Both the position numbers and the translations under genes were made by a program. Source: Octopus vulgaris (taxonomy: Eukaryota). Taken from it: a DNA stretch of 64,000 nucleotides. Below, one piece after another: positions 52,260-64,000 of this stretch. Location: NCBI GenBank assembly GCA_951406725.2, contig OX597817.1:85684001-85748000 (forward strand), given 5' to 3'. Under the pieces are notes generated by a model. The model made no database searches, had not been told where the DNA came from, and saw only the letters and a program-made list of their open reading frames with translations. Numbering within the stretch: position 1 is the stretch's first letter; each line of letters starts with the position of its first letter.

Positions 52260-53247
52260 AAGGTGGTGAGCTGGCAGAATTGTTAGCATGCCAGGCAAAA
52301 TGCTTAGTGGTATTTCATCCTTCTTTACATTCTTTGTTTTTCATCTTTTGGGGGTCAATGAAATAAGTACCAGTTGAGCACTGAGGTTGATGTAAACCCG
52401 AAATTGCTGGTCTTGTGTCAAAATTTAGAACCGTTATTTTTGTTATTATTATAATCATCATTATTTTCATCACCAACATCATCATTATCATTATTATGGT
52501 AGAATGTTGAAAGAATCATTAGCCCATCAGATAAAACACTTAATGGTATTTCTTCCAACTCTTTTACATTCCGAGCCCAAATCTCACTAAGGGCAACTTT
52601 GTCTTTCATCCTTTCTAGGTTGATAAAATAAAGTACTAGTCAGGTACTTCAGCTGATGCAATCGACTAACTTTCTCCACCTGAATTTGCTGGCCTTGTGC
52701 CAAAATTTTAAACAATTATCATCATCATCGTCGTCGTCATTGGGATGATGGATGGTAAAATCATTAGAACATTACAAAAAATTAATTGAGTTATTTCTTC
52801 CAAATCTGTAAGCTCTATGTTCCAATACTGCCATGGTCAACTTTGTCTTTTATCCTTTCATGTTTGATAAACTTATGTACCAGTCAAGTAGTAGGGTTGA
52901 TGCTATTGGTTACTTGCCCACCCCATAAAATTATCATCATCTTCATCATCATCAGCAGCAGCAGCATTATCATCATCAGTTATCAGCATCATTACGAAGG
53001 TGGGCTGGCAGAAACATCTGAACATTGAACAAAATGCTAAGCAGCATTTCTTCTAACTCCTAACATTTTAAGTTCAAATCCTGCCAAGGTCAGCTTTGCT
53101 TTTCATCCTTTCATGGTTGATAAAATAAAGTACCAGTTCCCTTGAAACTGCTGGCCTTGTGCCAAAATTTCGTGGACAAGTTTATTATTATTTACTTTTA
53201 ACCTGCATATTTGTTGCAATCACTTGCTGAGACACTCTTATTATTAT

Positions 53248-53288
<41 letters not shown>

Positions 53289-53515
53289 AGGCAATAAGCT
53301 GATAGAACCATTAGCATGCCAAACAAAATGCTTGGTGGCATTTTGTCAGTCTTTATATTTTTTTGAGTTCAAGTTCTGCTGAGGTCAATTTGCCTGTCAT
53401 CCTTTTGGGGTTGATAAAATATGTATCAGTAGAACACTGAAGTTGCTGTAACTGACTTACCCACCAACCCCTAAAATAGCAAATCTTGTGCAAAATATGA
53501 AACCATTATCATTAT
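52260..53515 (+). mobile_element. Head-to-tail array of ~5 Meta-type SINEs separated by trinucleotide repeats
   Basis: Family heads at ~52260, 52497, 52745, 52997 and 53288; another copy at 51099-51305. Confidence 0.75.
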
Positions 53516-54560
53516 TAATACTTATTGCTGCCGCTGTGTTTTATTTAGAAATTTGATTCAATTCAGTAAATGTCATGACCTTCCTAAAAATCCTGAAATC
53601 TGAAGAACTCTCAAGACCCATTATGAAGGCTTTAAAGAGTACTTTTGCAATTTACTACAGAGAATATATTAAATAAATAATTCATACTTATCTATAATAT
53701 TTATGAAAGCATAAATGCCTTACTTTCAATGGGTTTACACAACAATCATTTCAGAAATGTAAACAGCTTCTCAAGAACTGTTTACATTTCTGAAATAATT
53801 GTTGTGTAAATTGAGAAACCTGCTTCATGTTTAAAGTTGAAATAACCACATGAATTTTTAAGATAAACAAACAAAAATCTGTTAAATAAAATTTATATGA
53901 AGTTTAATTATGTTTATATCTATAAAATTTTGTATTAGTATCAAAATAATTTCAAATTCACTAGGGAAGGAGGAAGAAAGTGAGGAAATATTCTCAACTA
54001 TTTCAACTGTGTTAAATTAATGACTTTTATCAAATTAAATGTATGTTCAGAATATTTATACTAAATGATAACTTCAAAAGATATAATAATTATTTTTTAA
54101 GGAATATATCTCATAAACTAACACTTAAGAAAAGATCCAATTAAAATCTTTGCTTTAACAAGTTAAAATAAAGAATATTAAATTATATTAAGACATTTCC
54201 TCCAGACTGTGACATGTTTGCTTCTGAAATCTCTATTTGGTTCTAAAATGTAAAAATATATATGTATATAATCATAATTACCATCACCATCATCATAATT
54301 ATCATTATCATCACCATTTTAATGTCTTCTTTTCTATGCTTGCATGGAGAAGCTGGAAATATATATAAATATATATTTCTTTACTACCCACAAATGGCTA
54401 AACACAGAGGGGACAAACAAGGACAGACAAAGGGGTTACATCGATTACATCGACCCCAGTGCATAACTGGTACTTAATTTATCGACCCCGAAAGGATGAA
54501 AGGCGAAGTTGACCTCGGCAGAATTTGAACAGAACGTAACGACAGACGAAATACGGCTAC

Positions 54561-55121
54561 ATATGAATGAGAAAATTAATAACACTGACTTATAGATGTT
54601 AATTATTTAAAGACATTCTAATTCATACAGAGAAATTCCTGCCTACAGCTGTTTCCATGCACAATGAATTCAATTGCAGAAATAAGATTTAATTCAAATT
54701 CCCATATTGGAAACCAGTCAATTGGGTATTTCTTGAAATCTGAAGAACTCTCAAGACCCACTATGAAGGCTTTAAAGAGTACTTTTGCAATTTATAACAG
54801 AAAATATATTAAATAAATAATTCATACCTTTCTATAATATTTATGAAAGCATGAATGCCTTACTTTCAATGGGTTTACACAACAATTATTTCAGAAATGT
54901 AACACATTGAAATGTGACTTCCTTTTGAAATGGTCCCTGTCGAAATACCCAATTGACTGGTTTCGAGGATGAGAATTTGAATTAAATTTTATTTCTGTAA
55001 TTGAATTCATTGAATATGGAAACAGCTGTAGGCAGGAATTTCTCTGTATGAATTTGAATGTCTTTAAATAATTAATATCTGCAAGTCAGTTTTATCGCTT
55101 TTGTTCATTTTCTCATTCATA
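54561..55121. repeat. Inverted repeat (~170-bp arms); the spacer is duplicated at ~53591-53765
   Basis: 54561-54732 is the reverse complement of 54942-55121; the segment tgaaatctgaagaactctcaag...cagaaatgtaa occurs twice in direct orientation. Confidence 0.85.
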
Positions 55122-55247
55122 AAGTTTTTTAAATACCTATATGCTTCAATGATAAACTAATATACTTGGTTTTCACTGAATGCTGGTATAAACTGGAGAA
55201 CTAGGATGCTTGCATCCTTTAAGGAAATTTAGTTCCTTGTCTTGATA

Positions 55248-55291
<44 letters not shown>

Positions 55292-55429
55292 ACACACACA
55301 CAGAAAGAGAGAGATAAGGAGAGAGATAATGTGTTTGAGTATGTATTTACTTATTAATATTCTTTCTAGAATGAGGGTGCTGGTTTCCTAACAAAGAAAT
55401 AAAAGCTCTATCACAGGAGCAATGGTAAT

Positions 55430-55920
55430 TGTTATACATTGAACTTCAAGAAAGTCTTACATATTTTTACTGTTCCACTTACAGATTGTAGCTGTAATGG
55501 TTAACTGATTGACTTCTTTTTCTGAAAACATTAGCTTTTCCAAATTACCACTTAGACATTTATTAACTAAGTGAAGTGTATCAATTATTACTGATATAAA
55601 TGTGAATTTATAATCTGGGTATAGAGGCTGATAGTTTTGAAGAAATCGTCTGTAGTTAACCTTTTTCTCTTTGATTTTTGAAGACATGTTAATATCAGCA
55701 GGGCAAGCTGATTTCTATGATATACATACTTTTTTTTATTTGTCCCAAATAACTATATCTGACCTCTTGATGGGAATGTTCACCTGTATTCCTTGTGTTG
55801 ATGGTTATTTATGTAGTCAGTAAAGGATGGTTTTCTATATTTATCACAGGACAGTCATTTTATTGGATGGCATTTGCATATTGTATTAGTGACAATGCCA
55901 TAGTGCATTGGGAAGTAGAA
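55430..55920 (-). mobile_element. Decayed RLE-type non-LTR retrotransposon C-terminal fragment
   Basis: DIVIWDK...SCPADINMSSKIKEKKVNY...YPDYKFTFISVII. Confidence 0.55.
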
Positions 55921-56614
55921 CCTATGTATGTGTTATATGGCCATATATAATTATATATGTGTATGTATGCATGTTTGTTCACATGCATGTGGGGGATACT
56001 ATAAGATTTCAGAATTACACATCAAATGACTGAGAATTATCTCAACCCACTGTAATGAGTAAAGTTGAACCAAAGCCCAACTGAAGGAGACTTAAGTTAG
56101 ATATTGAATTTTTTTTAACCTTAAATATAACAGCTTCAACAAACTCCAAGAACATTGGTGTATTATACATTTTAAACTGAAACACTATATACAGCATTGC
56201 ATAGCTCACAACACCCATGAACAGAAGGTCCAAGATGTGATCTAGATGGTTTCATAAGCAGATATTCTGTTGGGAGAATATTCAGTGAACTCACATCGCA
56301 AGCCAAATACCACAGATTAAAATTCCTGAAAATGAGCAGGATAGAAAATCTGCCCTTCTCAGGTAGTCACCAATATAATTTAGCAGGCCCAGCAACATCT
56401 TTGTCCTTGTACTTACATTGACCAATAAGAATCAGTGTTACTAGTGTGTATATATAAATGTGTATCTGTATATATGTAAGTGTGAATGTGTACATGTGTG
56501 CACATGCACATTTGTGTGTGTGTGTGTGTGTATGTGTGCTTATGCATACATATATATATATACACATATATTTATATTAGATATATACACACATATATAT
56601 ATATACATACATGC

Positions 56615-56646
<32 letters not shown>

Positions 56647-57041
56647 TATACTCCTAATGAAATAATCATTACTAACTGGATTTATAGGATTTCAACTGCA
56701 TAGGACTATAAATTACACCTCTCTGTATTGGTTTACAATGTGGTGTGTACCACATGATGAGTTAAATCCATATATTCTGCATTAAATATATATATATATT
56801 ATTAATAAATTCCAGAGTAGCAAAAAAATTAAGAAAATTTCTTTGCTACCAATGGTCTAGCTAGAAGAAAAAAACTAGTCAATAGACTATATATTATTCA
56901 TATAAAAATACACTGTACATTTAAATACATAAGAGATGGCCATAACAGGACATCTGATCCACTAGAAGGAGTAGTTAAACTCTAAACCACTATTAGGAGT
57001 AATTTTGAAAGGGAATGAAAAATAAAGACATTTACCTTCTA

Positions 57042-57116
57042 TTTCCTACACCATGGTTTCAAGTTATCTTCAGCAAATAAAATAATTTACTTGGCGAAGC
57101 TCTCGTCAGTAGGAAA
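57042..57116 (-). ncRNA. Type I hammerhead relic with a mutated cleavage triplet (GUG)
   Basis: Minus strand tttccta-CTGACGA-gag...ctt-GAAAC-catg-GTG-taggaaa; perfect 7-bp stem I. Confidence 0.6.
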
Positions 57117-57117
57117 G

Positions 57118-57169
<52 letters not shown>

Positions 57170-60100
57170 TGCAGGTGTGGCTATGGACACAGATATGGTT
57201 GTGTGGCTCAGGCATTTGCTTCCTAACTATACAATGTTGGTATTTACAATGGCCCATCTGGTCCATTTCCTAGTAAGGTTAAAATATAATCATTTCTGAC
57301 CCAACAATATTCCTATCTTGCCCCCAACATCACTTTTATTCACCTGAAGAATATACATTGCTATTTCTTGCCTGTGAGGAGTATGGCTAAGTATCTTCTC
57401 CATCTTAACTCTTGTGCATAACACACACCCACTCATCTCTGTTTTATGACAGAATGTTACAAAAGTGACTCTAGGGTCAAAAGTCTTCTTTCAGGTTCTG
57501 TCCACCAAATCCATTCACAAGGCTTTGGTCAACCTAAGGCTATAGTAGAAGATATTTGCTCAAGATGTTATGCAGTGGGACTGAATTGAAAATCATGTGG
57601 CTGAGAAGCAAACTTCATAAATAGACAGCTGTTTGTTAATATTCTTTATAATAAATGTATCTAATGTTAGTTACTTTTACCAGGCTTTCTGAAAAGATAT
57701 ATTCTCTAAAAGAATATATAGTTATTCTATCTCCGAAATGAAATTCATTAATGAACAGACCTAATCAGTTTTTTATAGTGATTCATGACTGAACTGCTTC
57801 ATATTTAACTATCAGTTAAGTTATTGCACAACTGCCCCCAAAAATGTTGGGGTAGAAATCCAATCTTATCTGGTCAGGATTAGTGGTTTCAGTATTTCAC
57901 AAGTCCTTTAATCCTTCAACTGCTATCTGTACCACACCAAATTCTAAGAAATTTATTTTGTTTATTTATAATTTCATTCATTAAATCCAAAATCTACAGA
58001 TTTTAATTAAATAATGAATTAAATGCCAAGAACCACCATCATCATCATTTAATGTCTGACTTCCATTCTTGCATGGGTTAGACAGTTTGACAGGATCCAT
58101 TGAGCCAGAGGACTGCATAAAACTCCAATGTCTGCTTTGACATGGTTTCTACAGCTCATTACCCTTCCTAATGCAAACCACTTTACAGTGTGCACTCAGT
58201 GCTTTTTCCATGGTACCAGCACCAGTTTAGGTTGCCAGTTAATTCACAAGGCAAAGAAGACCCCTCAATCGGGTGAGGTTATAGTAGAGAGGGAGGTGGT
58301 TTTATACCAAGTGTTGAGAGGCTAAACTATGATAGAAGGACAGACACATATGTCTTGTTATAGAAAAGATATAAGACTACCCTGCATTATATAAGGATGG
58401 GTAGGAGTAGCTGGAAGGAAGACAATGGTGGTGAAGAGGTGTCAGCATGCTCTCAAGATACAAGAAACCATCTCTGGAAAATAATTTCAATATGATGCTG
58501 GCAAAATGGTGAGTTTTAATGGGAAGCTGTTTATAAAGATTTATTCAAAGCATGCCTAAAATAACAGAAGCGATTAAAATAATAGTAAGGCAACTAAATA
58601 TTGATTTTTGCCAACTGCTTGCAGAGAAAATGTCCTACAACATTTTTACAGCTTATTTATCAGCCAAGATGCAGCATATCGGCAAGTAATTTTGTATGCA
58701 GTGAATGGAACATAAAATAAAGATAATAGAAAATATTAGCATATATGTATTAGTGTTCCCATTGATTTTTGACACATGTATATTATGATGATGACATCTG
58801 TACGTGAATATTTTTTTAATATCACTTTTGCACAAATGATAATTCTACAGACTTGGCTCTGAAATTTTTTTTTATTGTTGTTGTTGTTGTTATTACTACC
58901 ATCATCATTGTCATCATCGTCATCATCATCATTATCATCATCTTTTTAAGAGAAAATTATTATAAAATACAGGAAATTTTAAAATTTGTATTTTAATGTT
59001 ATGTTCCCTAACAATATTATATGTTCATATGTGTGTGTCTGTATATGTGTGTGTAATGTAAATTTAAATGTCTCCTAAGACCAAAGGATGCTTTGAGAGG
59101 TGATGCATAGCTCAAGTTATGTGGAATGAACTGGCGGAGATGTCTTACTGGATTCAATACCAGTCTATCTATAAGAGATAACATTCTTAGATTAGCTTCC
59201 ATTTTTGTAAAAGGCTTAGTCAAAGGGATTTCTAAGGCTTTTTGGAGGAAAGAAGGAGGTTAATTTCAGACCAAAAACCTAATCCAAAATGTTTACAACC
59301 GAGTGGAGTCTGCTAAAAGTATTCAAGGGCTGGATTGTATCTTAAGCTTGTGGTCAAAATTAACTCTACTTATAAATAGGGCATCATTTTGAGGTTTTGA
59401 TGGTTACTGATAACTAAATCAACCCCAGTAGGTGATTGGTATTTCTGATAGTAATTAACCGGTATTCAATAAGGGGAAAAAAATCAAATTTAACCTGATA
59501 GAAGAAGGGAGTGGGGTGATTATTTGAATTCAGAACTTAATATTTTTACTATCCAGATAAACTGTAGCAACATGAAGTAGGGTGTTTGGTACCAAAACAT
59601 GACAAATAATCAGCAGAAAATTTAAGCTGAGGGACAACTATTGTCTTCGGAGTTGTACTTCTCTGCAAGTGATTTGATCTAAAACTGTGTTGGAATTAAA
59701 ACAATTAACACATGTAAGACACATTTTCTGTTCAAAAACACACAGAAATTGTTAACTTCACTTGATTATTTATTATTTGGTGTTAAAATTTTCATCACAC
59801 TATTTACAACCTGATCACTAGAGTTCCATTACAATGCAGTTCCTAGGTGTTTTTTAAAAGGCTAAGATGAGTTTTTTACACTGTATTTGTTGACCAATAT
59901 CTTACTCACTTGATCGTTTAATGTCTACATGTGTACACATGTGTGACCAGAAATATATATAAAAACATGTACACAGATTTATTTTGTATCTTTGTACCTG
60001 TGGACTTTGTTACTCTAGATGCTTGTGATTCAAATTGATTTTTTAAAAAACACTTGTGGTAATCAGAGGTTCCTTTTTTTGTGAAGTGGGAATATTACTG

Positions 60101-61313
60101 TATTGTTTTATTACTGGTTTCAGTCATTGCTCTGTGGCCATGGGAGGGGGGCAACTAATTGAATGATTTAAACAATCATATTAACTCTGAAACTTATGTT
60201 TTAGTTGGTATTTATTTTATTGATATCTGCTTGTTGAATTACTAAGTTATAGAGACATAAACAAATATAAGCACAGGCACAGACCCAAACATAAACATAC
60301 ACACATATGCATGTATACATACATGCAAGCATACATATCTGTGTGTGTCTTTATGTGTGTGTTTACAGGATGTGATGGGTAAATTGTCATTATTTTATCA
60401 TTTTAATTTTAATTTGAGAGTTAAGTACTGAAGGATGGTGCTTGAGTGTTATTTAAAAATAAAAATGGGCAGTAATGATGTTATTGTGTTTATTAATTCC
60501 TCTTTTATTTTTGTATTTAATAATTAAATTGTGCCCATGTTCAAGCTCTTTTTACCTCAGATTTTCACTTTTAAAACTTAAATATGTGTACCATGGAAAC
60601 TAAATGTTAAATCTATTGTAGTCCAACCCATGCTAGCATGGAGAACGGACGTTAAACGATGATGATGATGATGATGATGATTGTCCAAGCTAAATGATTT
60701 CTAATGAAGAATTTAAATCACTATAATAACGTTATGTTTTTTGTTTTTTTTCTGGGATATCAATAATAGATTTGTAGTGAGGCTCTGATCAGATTTGAAG
60801 TAGCTCACTTCAATTTCCAGCTCTGAGCCACAGCCAACTCCTATAGCCAAGCAGAAAATCCACATGAATGTTTACTAGTCAATCAGCATTGGCTGACGTG
60901 TCTCAACTAAGGGTGGCAAACATTAAAGAAAAGTTATGCTAATTTCATGCTAATTTGTAATTTGAAGGTTCTGGAAACTTTTTCCCATAGTTATATACAC
61001 TGGTTATTTGGTCACTACATCAGAGAATCAACATATATTATACATAGAACTTTGTTCTTTCAATGCTTTAGAGACAGCAGAGTAATAAGGGTATTTATGT
61101 ATAGGGTTTATTCTAGATTACCCTAGATGGACTGTCCCACTATTGAGAAATTTATTAATTCATTTATTTTTCTGGATTCAATTTTTATATCTTTTGTTAT
61201 ATCCTTCTTGCTGTTGATTTCTTTTTCATCATCTAAACTTCACCTTTTGTGTACTGTATTTCATTCTTTGATATTGTCCTCATTGTTCTGGGCCATTGCA
61301 GCCAATAAAATAA

Positions 61314-61378
<65 letters not shown>

Positions 61379-62289
61379 CATTATTATTATTATTAAGGTG
61401 GTGAGCTGGTATAATTGTTAGCATGTCTGACAAAATGCTTAGCAGGTTTTCTTTAGACACCTCATGTGTTGAGCTCAATTCCTGCTAAAGTCAGCTTTGC
61501 TTTCATCCTTTTGGGATCAATAAAATAGTACCAGTTGAGCTTCCAGTACTTCTTTTTTTAAGTCTGGCACTTATCCTACCAGTCGTTTTTATCAAACAAC
61601 TAAGTTATGGGGTTGTAAACAAACCAACACTAGTTATCAAGAAGTGGGGGAACAAACAGAGACACACATACACAGACATCTGTGTGTGTGTGTGTGTGCA
61701 TGTGTGTGTGCATGTGTATATATGTATGCATGCATGTGTGTATGTGTATGTGAGTGTGTATATATATATATATACTAGCTTAAAAACTGCCCTATCAGGT
61801 GGCTTTTAAGCTAGCTCCTGTGGAAGCTCTTCATTGGGCCTTGGACCTAACAATAACACTTCATGCAGAGTACATATTAAGTTTTATTAAACTTGACCAA
61901 TATTTTTCAAGCAATGAACAATTTTCATCCAAATAATGACATAATTTGTCAACTTGGAATTTATTACAAAGCTGCATGATAAACAGCATTTTTTGTCTTC
62001 CCATTTAGGGGTCAATACAATTATTTTCTAACCTCTTTCTTTCTGTCTCTCTCTTTCTGTTGATTCTTTTCAACCATCACCATCACAAGTATGACCACCC
62101 TCGCTACCACAACTGCCATACACACCATTCAGACTTCTCATGCCACCACTATCAATACCTCTGACTTTACTGCCTTCCCCTCCACCACAGTCTTTTACAT
62201 CACTTACTATCACCATTGTCCCTGACTGTTTCAGCCACCACCACCATAAACCCAACCAGTACCTTAAGTACTTAAACATTAATTCTAAT

Positions 62290-63076
62290 CATCACAAATT
62301 CGCCTTCAATAATATAGTTGACAGTATTTCAATTCATATATCTGATCTCTCATCCACTGAAGAAATATTCAATAACCACACTCCATATTACTACTAGGGG
62401 CTCACTGCCAGTGGCATCTCTCAAAAAATAAAATACATCACTAATGCTAGGCTCAAGCTACATATATCTCAAGTCATATCACAACATGCTAACTATCATA
62501 ATCATAACAGACTATATGTGCACTACACTAGAACCCTGGGAGAACACAGATTAAAACAGCTTAGACCCCACACACACACACACAAATAACACTAGGTCAA
62601 AAGCTAAAACAGCTAACAATAATGGGCCATATAAACTCCTCTAATTTCTAAAAATATAGATTATACTACAACTAAAAAAGTGGTGGACACTCTATTCTAT
62701 GGTATACACCTCCCTTCTCAGTAAATGTTAAGAACTTAGCCTAATCCTTTTTTAATATATTTGACTCCAACTTCCCTCATCAACATAAATATTACTTTAT
62801 CTTTAATAGATCTGCTTTAAAGCTACCCTACTCTTCCCTGCCCAACTTTGAGTCTATCTTAACAGCCTCTAATAGATGCAGACTTTCTCTCTATTATCAA
62901 GATATACTCCAAAACAACTCTGAATACATGAGCACCCAACACATACTAGCTCCAATATCGAACCCAATACTTTAGACCATAACCAAAACCCAACCAATCT
63001 TACTAACACTAACCAGAATACTAGTATCCAAACTTACACCACAAATACACATAGGATAAATAATAACAACGATAGA

Positions 63077-63115
<39 letters not shown>

Positions 63116-63640
63116 AATAATAGTAATAATAGTAGTAATAATAATGTTAATAACATAAATCAGTCTACCCCCATCTCTAACCTCTCCCTAGAATAATCCT
63201 CAGAACAATCCCCAGAATGCACTACCATGTGACAACCACCCTATAATTATTTGCTCTCTACAAATCCATTGCAGAAGGTCTAACGTAATTTACAAATGCC
63301 CTGTCCTCAACACACTACACAATTCTGCAACCATATATATAGGGTCAACTATAAATTTTAAACAGAGATATGCTGCACATCTCAATTCTTTTAGATATGA
63401 GAAACACAGTAAATCCACAACCCTTACCAGTCACATACATCATCTTAAAAATAGGAATATTCCATATAACTTATCATGGTCCATAATAGATTCAGGGTCT
63501 CTATACCAGGATCAATGCCCAGCCTGTAAGCTATGCCTAAAAGAGGCATTCCACATATAAAATCATAGCTAAATAAGTATAATGCAACCACTGCGTTTTT
63601 TGTATCTTCAAATATTACCGCAGATCAAAATGTAGCTTAA
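62290..63640 (+). mobile_element. Decayed Penelope-like element (C-terminal half) with an (AAT)n expansion
   Basis: CRRSNVIYKC...IYIGST...FKQRYAAHLNSFRYEK...STTLTSHIHHLK...LSWSII GIY-YIG domain at ~63270-63490. Confidence 0.75.
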
Positions 63641-63852
63641 ATCACCAATTGAATGAACAGCACATGGAATTAATATCTGCACACTATCCATTTGTAATAA
63701 CAAATTATGAACTCCTATCAGAATTTACATACCATGGACAAGAAACCTCTTTACCCATTCTACACAACACATTCCTTGGATAATGGAACTGCAATTGTAA
63801 CATCTAACATATATTTTAATTTTTATTCTATTTCCCTTTATACTTCCTATAT

Positions 63853-64000
63853 ACTCTTTTTACTCTTTTACTTGTTTCAGTCATTTGACTGCGGCCATGC
63901 TGGAGCACCGCCTTTAATCGAGCAACTCGACCCCGGGACTTATTCTTTGTAAGCCCAGTACTTATTCTATCGGTCTCTTTTGCCGAACCGCTAAGTAACG
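63853..64000 (-). mobile_element. Young CORE-type SINE tail running off the window
   Basis: Nearly identical to 15213-15350. Confidence 0.8.

Noticed and set aside
60880-60905. ATTGG + TGACGTG (CCAAT/CRE-like) as a promoter
   Set aside because: Short motifs expected by chance, with no associated first exon.

Overview
This is an AT-rich, microsatellite-dense animal genomic window. The repeat complement (tRNA-derived CORE-type and Meta-type SINEs, RTE tails ending in (GAT)n) resembles octopus/cephalopod DNA; this is inferred, not verified. Most ORFs in the supplied track are microsatellite or antisense artefacts. The window is mainly decayed transposable elements: a truncated Gypsy-like LTR element, several mariner/Tc1 copies, Penelope-like elements, RTE fragments, RLE-type LINE fragments (HERO-like and R4/Dong-like), piggyBac-type MITEs and many SINEs. 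Running through them is one probable + strand gene of unknown identity. Its clearest part is a ~2-kb exon encoding 12 x 38-aa repeats followed by a cluster of tyrosine (SH2-docking-like) motifs. The most unusual signal is RNA structure. A hammerhead-ribozyme core in rearranged (non-circularly permuted, pseudoknotted) order lies in the 3' UTR of the HERO-like LINE, in two copies. An exact 198-bp tandem duplication carries a minimal type I hammerhead in each unit (retrozyme-like), and several more hammerhead relics occur, most within inverted repeats. All coordinates were read by eye and element boundaries are approximate.
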